Assembly: GCA_964504025.1 (NCBI GenBank)
Contig: CAZDCO010000001.1
Location: 1,397 to 65,396 of the forward strand
Length of the DNA stretch: 64,000 bases
From: an uncultured Clostridia bacterium
GTDB lineage: Bacteria; Bacillota; Clostridia; Christensenellales; Borkfalkiaceae
Reading direction: 5' to 3'
Of the stretch, positions 28,713 to 37,288 are shown piece by piece (position 1 is the stretch's first letter; each line of letters opens with the position of its first letter). The position numbers and the translations under genes were made by a program. The notes beneath the pieces are model-generated. The model was not told the DNA's origin, did not search any database, and saw only the letters and a program-made list of their open reading frames with translations.

Positions 28713-29444
28713 ATGAAAAAGTTTAAGAAAATTATTCCTGCACTTTGCATGCTTCTCGTAAGCGCAGTCTTGCTTGGTACGTCCACCTTCGCGTGGTTCT
28801 CTATCAACAACCAAGTTACCGCCGGCGGAATGAACGTATCTGCTACCAGCAACACGCAATTCTTGGTGATTAGCAGCAGCAACACCCTTGGAACGGATAC
28901 GAATTTGGCAACCGTAACGAAAACCAGCGGCGGCGTTGACGGGAACAAGGTATATCCCTGCGCACAAGCAACGGAAGCGAATAAACCTGCAACGGGCTTG
29001 GCTGTCGGCGATTGGTATACGGCACAAAGTAAAGATTTTGACGACGCGGCGGATTTGACGGGTGGCACGAACGAAAACGCAGTAAACGTTAAGAAAATTG
29101 AAACGAGTGATTTGACCAACTATCACTTAACATATACCTTCTACGTTGGTTTGGCGAGCGGTTCTTCCGCCGTTACGAGTGATTTGCAATTCGTAGGTGC
29201 GTGCGACGGTTTTGAAAAAGGCATTACCGCGTTTATCTCAATCGATGGTACGTCGAAAACCATGAGCAGCACTACGGCTGTTACGTTTGAAGGCGTTGCG
29301 TTGTCTACTACGGCAACGACTGTAACGGTTGTATTGTATATCAACGGTAACAACGCGAACGTAAAGAGTTCCTCTGCGTTGGCTGGGATTGCAGGGACGC
29401 TCGGTTTGACGATTACCGCAACCGACATCGACGTTAGCGCATAA
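28713..29444 (+). CDS. Small secreted 'AWF'-signal protein (243 aa), candidate major fibre subunit (TasA/camelysin-like)
   Basis: An AGGAG RBS is present. The N-terminus is MKKFKKIIPALCMLLVSAVLLGTSTFAWFSINNQVTAGGMNVSATS. The mature part is Thr/Ser/Ala/Gly-rich, and a stable hairpin lies directly downstream. Confidence 0.6.
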   Translation: MKKFKKIIPALCMLLVSAVLLGTSTFAWFSINNQVTAGGMNVSATSNTQFLVISSSNTLGTDTNLATVTKTSGGVDGNKVYPCAQATEANKPATGLAVGDWYTAQSKDFDDAADLTGGTNENAVNVKKIETSDLTNYHLTYTFYVGLASGSSAVTSDLQFVGACDGFEKGITAFISIDGTSKTMSSTTAVTFEGVALSTTATTVTVVLYINGNNANVKSSSALAGIAGTLGLTITATDIDVSA

Positions 29445-29462
29445 TGAACGATTAAGCTATAT

Positions 29463-29490
29463 CCGTGCGAGGGCGTACGCTTTCGCACGG
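29463..29490 (+). other. Stable hairpin after the candidate major-subunit gene (attenuator or mRNA stabiliser)
   Basis: CCGTGCGA...TCGCACGG forms an 8-bp stem around a palindromic GCGTACGC. No T-run follows. Confidence 0.5.
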
Positions 29491-29560
29491 AAACGTAGCT
29501 TTGAACGCTTGCACCGCGTCTGAGGCTATTTGAAAAGATCCGAAAAGGAATGTTTAGGGA

Positions 29561-30337
29561 ATGGAAACGACAACGAAAAATAAAATTAAGAAGATAACGG
29601 GGATCGTCGTCAACGTCTTGTTGTGGCTTTTCGTGGCTTTTTCCGTTGTGATCACGATCATAGCGGTTTCTGCAAGCGCGAACAAGAAAAACGTACCGAC
29701 GCTTGGCGGACGTTGCTATTTAAGCGTACAGTCCGATTCGATGAACGCATCGAAACCCGAGTGGGTATCCGCCGATAAACCGAGCGGATTCAAAACGGGC
29801 GATTTGCTGATCGGCAAATATATTTCCGACGATCAAGCGGCAATCGCCGCGTTGGAAATCGGCGACGTCATCACGTTCGAATACGATATGAACCACGACG
29901 GCGTATATTCGCAAGGCGAGTATAACACTCACCGTATCGTGGAGATCATAACGAAGGAAGACGGCAGCGTAAACTTTTACAAAACGCAGGGCGATAACGA
30001 AGCGTTCAGCCACGGAGCTACGGAAGAGGTATATGCGTCGCGTATCATTGCCGTATATACGGGCGACAAAATCGGGGGGATCGGCGGCGTCATTACGGCG
30101 TTGAGTACGCCTCTCGGATTCGGGTTGTGTATCGTGTTGCCGTTGGGCTTGTTCTTCGGCTACGAATTGTTCGTGTTCATTAGAACGGTTATGCAGGTAA
30201 AGAACGAGGGTAAGAAAATGATCACTGCCGCCGACGAAGAGTTGATCAAACAACGCGCGGTGGAAGAATATTTACGTATGCAACGGGAAGCGCAAGAGAG
30301 CGCGAAAGCGGAGCAAACGAACGAAGAAGAAATATAA
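29561..30337 (+). CDS. sipW: SipW-type (ER/archaeal-type) signal peptidase I, paralog 1
   Basis: N-terminal TM helix, Ser box QSDSMNAS, His box THRIVEI, QGDNE box, and a C-terminal TM helix plus charged tail. Confidence 0.8.
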   Translation: METTTKNKIKKITGIVVNVLLWLFVAFSVVITIIAVSASANKKNVPTLGGRCYLSVQSDSMNASKPEWVSADKPSGFKTGDLLIGKYISDDQAAIAALEIGDVITFEYDMNHDGVYSQGEYNTHRIVEIITKEDGSVNFYKTQGDNEAFSHGATEEVYASRIIAVYTGDKIGGIGGVITALSTPLGFGLCIVLPLGLFFGYELFVFIRTVMQVKNEGKKMITAADEELIKQRAVEEYLRMQREAQESAKAEQTNEEEI

Positions 30338-30371
30338 GCTCGTGGGAGCTTAGTAAAACGAGGAACGAAAT

Positions 30372-31931
30372 ATGTACGGTTTTCTGACGTGGTTCAAAGC
30401 GTTTTTTGAAAATATGTTAAACGGAATATTAGAAATCTTTTCAGGGCTATTCTTCGGGATCGTCCACATTTTCGATTTTCCTTACTATTTCAAGTTGTGG
30501 GCGACCGAAGGTTCGACCTTTAACGCGTTCGACTGGATCTTATCCGTTTTATCCTTCTTGCTCGTGTTCGCCGTTTGGTTCGCCGTATTTTTCCTGATCG
30601 TGCTCGCCGTGCGTAAATTCGTGCGGTATCGTAAAACGGTAACGCGCAACGAAGACTTGTTGGAAGAAATCGCCGATTTGCATAACGAAGTCGGACGGCT
30701 TGCCAACGAAAAGGAAAAGATTATACAGTTAAAGGTAACGCAAGCAGGGCTTTCGTACGAGCAATTCAAAAAAATGTTCGAGGCGCAGTTGCAAGAAGCG
30801 GCGCAAACCGTCGCCGCACCGCAGAGCGAACCGCAAACGCTCGCGCCGATCGACGGACGATTCCAACGCTTGTCCGCCGTCGACGAAAAGTACGCCTACT
30901 ACGAACCGCCCGTATACGACAAAATTGAGTCGTTGCAAGCGTTGTGCGAAGAACTCCGCAACTACGCGTGCAGTCAAAACGGGTTATATTACGAGTTGCG
31001 CACCATTCGTTTGATGATCGCAGGGCTTGCGGCGACGAAATTGATCGTCCTGCAAGGTATATCGGGTACAGGTAAAACGTCGTTGCCGTACGTTATGGGT
31101 AAATTTTTCCAAAACGACGCCACGATCGCTTCCGTGCAACCATCTTGGCGCGACCGTAACGAATTGTTCGGCTACTTTAACGAATTTACGAAGAAATTTA
31201 ACGAAACCGAAGTGCTGAAACGCATTTACGAATCGGGCTACAACGACGATTTGAACGTCATCGTTTTGGACGAAATGAACATCGCGCGCGTCGAATACTA
31301 CTTCGCGGAAATGCTGTCCATTTTGGAAATGCCGAACTCGGAAGAATGGAAGATCGAGCTCGTGCCATCCACGATGGAAAACGATCCGACGCGTTTGGAG
31401 GGCGGCAATTTGAAAATTCCGCAAAACGTATGGTACGTCGGTACGATCAACAACGACGACTCTACCTTCTCCGTGTCCGATAAGGTGTACGATAGAGCGT
31501 TCGTTATCAATTTGGACAACAAGGGTATTCCCTTCTCCGCGCCGAAAACGGAAGCGAAGCGCATTGCCTATTCCGAAGTGGAAGGGCTGTACTGCAAAGC
31601 GATGGAAGAATATCCCGTCAGTCAAACGATTTTGGACGATATTGAAAAGTTGGACGGCTATGTCATCGAGAAATTTAGGATCGCGTTCGGTAACCGTATC
31701 ATGAAACAGCTCAAAAGCTTCGTGCCTGTGTACGTGGCTTGCGGCGGTACGGAAAAAGAGGGTGTCGATTATATGTTGGCGACGAAAGTCTTCCGCAAAT
31801 TCGAGAGTTTGAATCTCTCCTTGATCCGCGACGAAATTCGTCCGTTGATCACCTATTTAGATTCCCTGTTCGGCAAAGGGGAAATGAAAGAGTGTATTGC
31901 CTATTTGCAGTTGTTGCAAAAAATGTATTAA
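30372..31931 (+). CDS. Membrane-anchored McrB-family AAA+ NTPase (519 aa)
   Basis: Two N-terminal hydrophobic helices, a coiled-coil stretch, Walker A LQGISGTGKTSL, Walker B VIVLDEMNIARVEYYFAEMLSILE, and GTINNDDS...YDRAFVI, as in McrB/AAA_5 proteins. Confidence 0.75.
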   Translation: MYGFLTWFKAFFENMLNGILEIFSGLFFGIVHIFDFPYYFKLWATEGSTFNAFDWILSVLSFLLVFAVWFAVFFLIVLAVRKFVRYRKTVTRNEDLLEEIADLHNEVGRLANEKEKIIQLKVTQAGLSYEQFKKMFEAQLQEAAQTVAAPQSEPQTLAPIDGRFQRLSAVDEKYAYYEPPVYDKIESLQALCEELRNYACSQNGLYYELRTIRLMIAGLAATKLIVLQGISGTGKTSLPYVMGKFFQNDATIASVQPSWRDRNELFGYFNEFTKKFNETEVLKRIYESGYNDDLNVIVLDEMNIARVEYYFAEMLSILEMPNSEEWKIELVPSTMENDPTRLEGGNLKIPQNVWYVGTINNDDSTFSVSDKVYDRAFVINLDNKGIPFSAPKTEAKRIAYSEVEGLYCKAMEEYPVSQTILDDIEKLDGYVIEKFRIAFGNRIMKQLKSFVPVYVACGGTEKEGVDYMLATKVFRKFESLNLSLIRDEIRPLITYLDSLFGKGEMKECIAYLQLLQKMY

Positions 31932-31952
31932 CGGAGCGTTAGAGAAAGCGGT

Positions 31953-34385
31953 ATGGAAAACGAAAGAGTAAACGACGTATTTTCCGCGACGGAGCAATCG
32001 GAATCCGCCGCTTTTCTCGGTTGGACGCAAAAATTGAAATTCGATCGTTCGTTCACGGCGAAACTCAGCCTTGCGGACGATAAAGTGAAGGGCTTTTATA
32101 CCGAAATCGCGTCCGCCTTGCTCGCCTACGATCGCGTGAGATCGCGCACGGGCTGGTCGGGCGTATCCTTTTCCGTAGGGCGCGAACGGGTGGCGTTTAT
32201 CGCCGTAACGGGTAAAACGCTGTGCGTATACCTCGCGCCGTTCACAGAAGAATTGCCCTCATCGCGGTATAAGGCAAAGGACGTGTCTTCCGTCAAAGCG
32301 CGCGCCAAAACGCCCCTTTTATGGAAGATTAAAAGCGACGGCGCGAAGAATTACGTACTCAAACGCATAGAAGACTACGCAAAGAGCGCAGGTTGGACAA
32401 AGCGCGAAGTCGGGCAGGAAGAAATGCCGTTTGCCGCGCCGAAAAGCGATTCCTTCCAAAACTTGATCACGCGCGGACTGATCCGAATCGTAAGAAACGG
32501 CGTAATCGATCGCGCGAAAAGGAGTGCGCTTCCGCGTGCGGAAACGAACGGCGCGTACGCCGATACGGTGGATACGCTGCAATCGCTTTTGGAACGGCAC
32601 GGCGCGTACGACGAAATTTTGTCGTTGTTCTCGGACGGCGAGGGCAAGGCGAGCCTTTCTCAAAAACAAATTCTCCGTTGCGTAGACGAAATTTGGGTGA
32701 ACGCCGTGGAAGATTGTCTTTCGGCGTTGGACGAACTCATTCGTAACCCCAACCATTTCATTGCGGAATCGGAGGACGTGTTGCCGATTGAAAAGACGAA
32801 GAGGATCAGCGGTAGATCGATCGCGCATTTGTGCCGCCATACCGACTACGTAAGCGTAGACAGAAACGGGGATATTACGCCGACGAAAATGCTGAACGTC
32901 TTTCGGGAAGATTCGTTGTTGACGTACGAAAACAAGTTCTTGAACACGCTCGTTTACCGCCTGTACGCGTTCGTGGATAAGCGGTATAAAATCGCGCGCG
33001 AATACGGCGCGGACGAAACGTTGAGCGAATTTGTGTTCGAGAACTCTTTTACGCACGGCGACGGTAAGGGCAAAGTGAAGATCAGCGTCGAATATTCCGA
33101 ACGGAATTTGAACGCGGACGTGAAGAACGGCTTGCTCGGTACGGGGCTTTGGAAGAGAGTGGAACGCTTGCACGATATCGTCGGCAGCTATATGCAATCT
33201 TCTTTCGTTAAAGCTATGGAAAAGAACTTCGTGCATCCGCCGATTTTGCGTACGAACGCCATTTTGAAGAATAAATATTTCAGAGAATGTCTCGCCTTGT
33301 GGGAATTTATCGAACGTTACGACGACGCCGGGTACGGAATCACCGTCGAGGAAAAATCGCAAGAGATTTCCGACGAATACGTCCGAACGGCGTACGCGGG
33401 CGCGGCTATGCAGTACCTGTTGTTCCGTAAGGCGTTGGACGACGACTTCGAGGACGAGGACGAACCGTCGTATATCCGTCCGGAATTTACCGTATTGGAA
33501 AGGCAGCGCGAAGAATTTGAGGAGAAATTCTTCGACGAACCGTTCGAGGGGGAGATCGAGGACGACGTTACGTTTGCGTTGCGCGTCGCGCTTGCGGCGG
33601 ACGAGCAAACGCCGTCCGATACGACGGGAGTTACGTTCATGCAACGTACCTTCCACGCAAGGTTGCGCACGGCGAACGAGGGTACGAAAGCGTCCTTCGT
33701 CGAGCTTGCCAACGCGTTGTTGCGCTACGAGCGCGTAAAAATGCGGCAGAGTAAAAAATACGCGTCGTTTTCCGTCGGTCGGCGCACGATCGCAAAGATT
33801 ACCGTCAGCGAAAAGACGGTTAAACTGTATTTGGCGTTGAACGAAACGCCGAACATATATCACGCGTATAGCGTGGCGGATAAAAAAACGTTCGAGGATA
33901 CCCCCGTATGCTTGCGCGTGCGCGGCTCGCGCAGTTTGGGGTACGCAAAACGGCTGATTGCCGAACTTGCCGAGGAACTTTCCTTGCAAACGGCGGAGAA
34001 CGCACCGCAAACGACGGTAGCTGACTATCCGACGGAAAGTTTAGCGGAAATGTTGCAAAAGGGCTGGGTAAGCTTTTCCCGTCGCTCGTCTTTTCCGTCC
34101 GCAAAAGCGTTTGGAAAGGAAAAGAACGCGCGGATGGATACGTACGCGGAGGAAACGCGCCGCAACGCCGTACAACCGACGAAACCGCAACCGTTGCCTA
34201 CAACGAAGAAAAACGAAGAATACGAACCATCCGAAAACGCACGCGCCGTGGCACGCGACATCGGCGATTTGATTCGTCCTACGGGCAATTACGAACGCCC
34301 GACCGAATACGGCGTGGACGACGCGTCGGGCTTTATGTCGGACGAACGGGAGCGCGCGAACGCTGACGACGGAGAGAACGTATGA
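31953..34385 (+). CDS. 810-aa partner protein: two copies of a terminal domain flanking a McrC/DUF2357-like core; no nuclease motif recognised
   Basis: The TYENKFLNTLVYRL motif resembles the T-x-EN-x-F motif of McrC/DUF2357. There is an internal repeat (residues about 32-150 versus about 565-680). The stop overlaps the next start (ATGA). Confidence 0.5.
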   Translation: MENERVNDVFSATEQSESAAFLGWTQKLKFDRSFTAKLSLADDKVKGFYTEIASALLAYDRVRSRTGWSGVSFSVGRERVAFIAVTGKTLCVYLAPFTEELPSSRYKAKDVSSVKARAKTPLLWKIKSDGAKNYVLKRIEDYAKSAGWTKREVGQEEMPFAAPKSDSFQNLITRGLIRIVRNGVIDRAKRSALPRAETNGAYADTVDTLQSLLERHGAYDEILSLFSDGEGKASLSQKQILRCVDEIWVNAVEDCLSALDELIRNPNHFIAESEDVLPIEKTKRISGRSIAHLCRHTDYVSVDRNGDITPTKMLNVFREDSLLTYENKFLNTLVYRLYAFVDKRYKIAREYGADETLSEFVFENSFTHGDGKGKVKISVEYSERNLNADVKNGLLGTGLWKRVERLHDIVGSYMQSSFVKAMEKNFVHPPILRTNAILKNKYFRECLALWEFIERYDDAGYGITVEEKSQEISDEYVRTAYAGAAMQYLLFRKALDDDFEDEDEPSYIRPEFTVLERQREEFEEKFFDEPFEGEIEDDVTFALRVALAADEQTPSDTTGVTFMQRTFHARLRTANEGTKASFVELANALLRYERVKMRQSKKYASFSVGRRTIAKITVSEKTVKLYLALNETPNIYHAYSVADKKTFEDTPVCLRVRGSRSLGYAKRLIAELAEELSLQTAENAPQTTVADYPTESLAEMLQKGWVSFSRRSSFPSAKAFGKEKNARMDTYAEETRRNAVQPTKPQPLPTTKKNEEYEPSENARAVARDIGDLIRPTGNYERPTEYGVDDASGFMSDERERANADDGENV

Positions 34386-35014
34386 GCGTCGGTGCGAAGA
34401 TAAAAAAAATCGTCGGTACGGCACTCTTCGTGCTCGTCGTGCTGTTCGTGCTTTTCGCCGCCGTAGTAGGTACGATCAATCGCGCGAGAAATAAGCCTAC
34501 GTTTTTGTTCGGACACGCGCTGTTGTGGGTAGAAACGGGGAGTATGGAACCGTCCATTCCGTCGCGAAGTTACGTGTTGGTGCGCGAATATTCGGGTGAA
34601 AATTTGGAAACGGGCACGGTGATTACCTTCACCTGTACCGATCCCTCTTCCGCCGTGTACGGCGAAACGATCACGCACCGTATCGTCGAAGTAACGACGG
34701 AGGGATACAGGACGAAAGGGGATAACGGAAACCCCGATACGTGGACGGTAAAATCACAAGACGTGGTAGCCGTGTACGTAACGAACCTTTCCGTATTGAC
34801 CGCGATCGGGCGAATTTTCGCTTCTCCGATCGGCTTGTTGTTGATCGTGGGCGTGTTCTTGGCTTCGTGCGTATTTTTATATATTCCCGATATCGTCAAG
34901 GCGTTTCAAAGTACCGCGGACGACCGCACGGATAAAGAAAAAGAGTTGGAAATAGAAAGAAGAGTACGCGAAGAAGTGCGTAAACTGCAAGAAGATAGGA
35001 GGCAGGGAAAATAG
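34382..35014 (+). CDS. sipW: SipW-type signal peptidase I, paralog 2
   Basis: TGSMEPSIP Ser box, THRIVEV His box, KGDNGNPD box, and a C-terminal TM helix plus charged tail. Its ATG overlaps the TGA of the upstream gene. Confidence 0.85.
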   Translation: MSVGAKIKKIVGTALFVLVVLFVLFAAVVGTINRARNKPTFLFGHALLWVETGSMEPSIPSRSYVLVREYSGENLETGTVITFTCTDPSSAVYGETITHRIVEVTTEGYRTKGDNGNPDTWTVKSQDVVAVYVTNLSVLTAIGRIFASPIGLLLIVGVFLASCVFLYIPDIVKAFQSTADDRTDKEKELEIERRVREEVRKLQEDRRQGK

Positions 35015-37263
35015 TGCGAAATTTTTTAGCAAAATATAAAAACGTATTGTTGCTCTCCGTATTAGCCGTCGTTTGTACGAGCTTTTTCCTGTATGTCTTG
35101 TTGCTGTTGGGCGATTATAACGCGGGCGTAAACGAACAAGCGCGTTCCCGTGCGGAGTTTTACGCGGCCGAACAAACGCACTACGTTCAAGGGCAGGGCG
35201 ACGATCTCTCGCGCGCAACGGAGTACGCCGCCGATAAACTTGCTTCTTGCACGTCGCCAGCGGAGTTGATCGAGGAGTTGCAACGCTCGGAAGTTGCGCT
35301 CCGCGGAGACGATTTTCTCGGCGCGTTCTACGCCAAAGACGACGTCTTGTACGACGAGGACGGCGCGGTCGCGTGGAATTATACCGCGATCAAAGACGAT
35401 TTGCAAACGGAAAGCACGACGCTTTCGCGCATATTCTATTATAAAAATCAAGATCCGTCTTTCGCCGTCGTAGCTAAGACGGACTCGCCTCTTGTCGACG
35501 CTTTCGTAACGGTGTATAAGCGCAGCGCGCTCTCCCTCTCCGCCGCTTTGGACGAGGAACGCGGTTCAGAATTCGTTTTGCTTTGCCGCCACGACGGTAA
35601 AATCGTAGAAAAACTCGTGCACGGCGATACGTTCACGATCGATAATGAGCCGATTCAAAACGGATTGTTGAAAACGCTGTTCAACGACAATTCCGATTGG
35701 CAACGGGTGTGCGCCGCGTTCTCGGAAGCGGAAACGCAGTCGTTTATCTTCCAAAAAGGCTCGTCGCAATACGTCTTGACGGTTACTCCGTTCGGCACGT
35801 CCTACGGGGAAACGTCCTTGGTATGCGCGTATAAGGTGAGTGCGATCTACGGCGAGGGCTTTACCGTCATGCAAAGTATCTACGCCGCGTTGCTCAGCTT
35901 GACGATCGTGATCGTCGTTGCCGCAGGTGCGCTGTTGGTTACGAAATTAGCGGAAAAGCGTAAAATATTCCGTTTGGAAATGGAAGTACCCTTCTTGCAG
36001 TGCGCTACCGTCAAAAAATTCGAGAACGAAGCGGACGAGTTGTTGAAACGCCACCCTCGTTCTTCGTTCGCGCTCGTTTCTTTGCAAATCGGCAACTACG
36101 GCTACGTCGTCGATTGCTTCGGGGAAGAGTCAGCAAAGCAGCTTTCTAAATACGTCGCCGATACGTTGCGCCGCACGCTCTATTTGGAAGAAACGTTCGG
36201 CTACGCGCAGGACGGGGAGTTCGTACTCCTTTTGCATTACCGTGAGCGGCAAGGCTTGGCGGAGCGTTTGAACGGCACGTATATGCGTTTGTCCTCGTTC
36301 AACTGCTTTGGCGACGGTGCGTATAAAGTAGGCGCGTCGTTCGCCGTGTACGAAGTGGAACGCGAGGAAAAGCAAACGGTCAAGCAAATGCTCGATAAGC
36401 TGTATATCGCGAAAGAATCCGCCACGTCGCAAAACGCGTCGGTATCGATCGGATATTACGACGACGTTATGCGTAAACGGTATATGAAAAAGGCGGAAAT
36501 CGAAGGCAAAATGGAACAAGCGTTGAAAAACAGCGAATTCCACCTCTTTTACCAGCCGAAGTATAACCTCAAAGCGAAAAATTTGGACGGTTGCGAAATT
36601 CTCGTCCGTTGGTACGACGCCGCTTTGGAAAAATATCATCTCCCCGCCGAGTTTTTACCCGTCTTCGAGGAGAACGGCTTTATCGTCAAGCTCGACCACT
36701 TCGTCTTCTATAAAGCCTGCGAAAATATCGCCAAACGCATCGAAAACAGACAAATTTGTTATCCCATTTCCGTCAACGTTTCCCGTATCACGGCAATTCA
36801 ATCGGATTTCACCGATTATTACGTGCGTATCAAAAAGAAATTCGATATCAAAGACAATTTCATCACGCTGGAATTTACCGAAAGCTTCGCGTATGAAAAT
36901 TACGAATTTTTGCGGAATATCGTCGATACGATGCACGCGAACGGCTTGCTTTGTTCGATCGACGACTTCGGCACGGGCTATTCGTCGTATAATATCCTGA
37001 AAACGATCGCCATGGACGAAATCAAACTCGACAAGTTCTTCCTCGGCAAGGGCTTGACTGCCGAACGCGATCAAACGCTGCTGGAAAGCGTGATCGGCAT
37101 GGTAAAAAAACTGGGCATGAAGGTTACGCAAGAGGGCGTGGAAACGGAAGAGGACTTGTTCCGTCTGGACGCACTCGGTTGCGACGTCATTCAAGGCTAC
37201 TATTTTGCAAAGCCTATGAAATATTCCGACTACTGCACGTTCGTCGATAAAAACTTTACTTGA
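35014..37263 (+). CDS. Membrane sensor protein with a degenerate GGDEF and an intact EAL domain (c-di-GMP phosphodiesterase), GTG start
   Basis: Two TM helices flank an approximately 250-aa extracytoplasmic region. The GGDEF position reads QDGEF. The EAL motifs are EILVRW, SVNVS, LEFTES, DDFGTGYSS, IKLDK, QEGVETEED and IQGYYF. Confidence 0.85.
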   Translation: MRNFLAKYKNVLLLSVLAVVCTSFFLYVLLLLGDYNAGVNEQARSRAEFYAAEQTHYVQGQGDDLSRATEYAADKLASCTSPAELIEELQRSEVALRGDDFLGAFYAKDDVLYDEDGAVAWNYTAIKDDLQTESTTLSRIFYYKNQDPSFAVVAKTDSPLVDAFVTVYKRSALSLSAALDEERGSEFVLLCRHDGKIVEKLVHGDTFTIDNEPIQNGLLKTLFNDNSDWQRVCAAFSEAETQSFIFQKGSSQYVLTVTPFGTSYGETSLVCAYKVSAIYGEGFTVMQSIYAALLSLTIVIVVAAGALLVTKLAEKRKIFRLEMEVPFLQCATVKKFENEADELLKRHPRSSFALVSLQIGNYGYVVDCFGEESAKQLSKYVADTLRRTLYLEETFGYAQDGEFVLLLHYRERQGLAERLNGTYMRLSSFNCFGDGAYKVGASFAVYEVEREEKQTVKQMLDKLYIAKESATSQNASVSIGYYDDVMRKRYMKKAEIEGKMEQALKNSEFHLFYQPKYNLKAKNLDGCEILVRWYDAALEKYHLPAEFLPVFEENGFIVKLDHFVFYKACENIAKRIENRQICYPISVNVSRITAIQSDFTDYYVRIKKKFDIKDNFITLEFTESFAYENYEFLRNIVDTMHANGLLCSIDDFGTGYSSYNILKTIAMDEIKLDKFFLGKGLTAERDQTLLESVIGMVKKLGMKVTQEGVETEEDLFRLDALGCDVIQGYYFAKPMKYSDYCTFVDKNFT

Positions 37264-37288
37264 TTGCTTTCGGGGGTATGTCCGAGCG

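Noticed and set aside
30372-34385. Calling the AAA+ pair a conventional McrBC type IV restriction system or defence island.
   Set aside because: The McrB-like protein has TM helices in place of a DNA-binding N-domain. I could not find a nuclease motif in the partner. The pair is also translationally coupled to sipW2 within a riboswitch-controlled operon. It is kept as an open alternative in the findings, not as the call.
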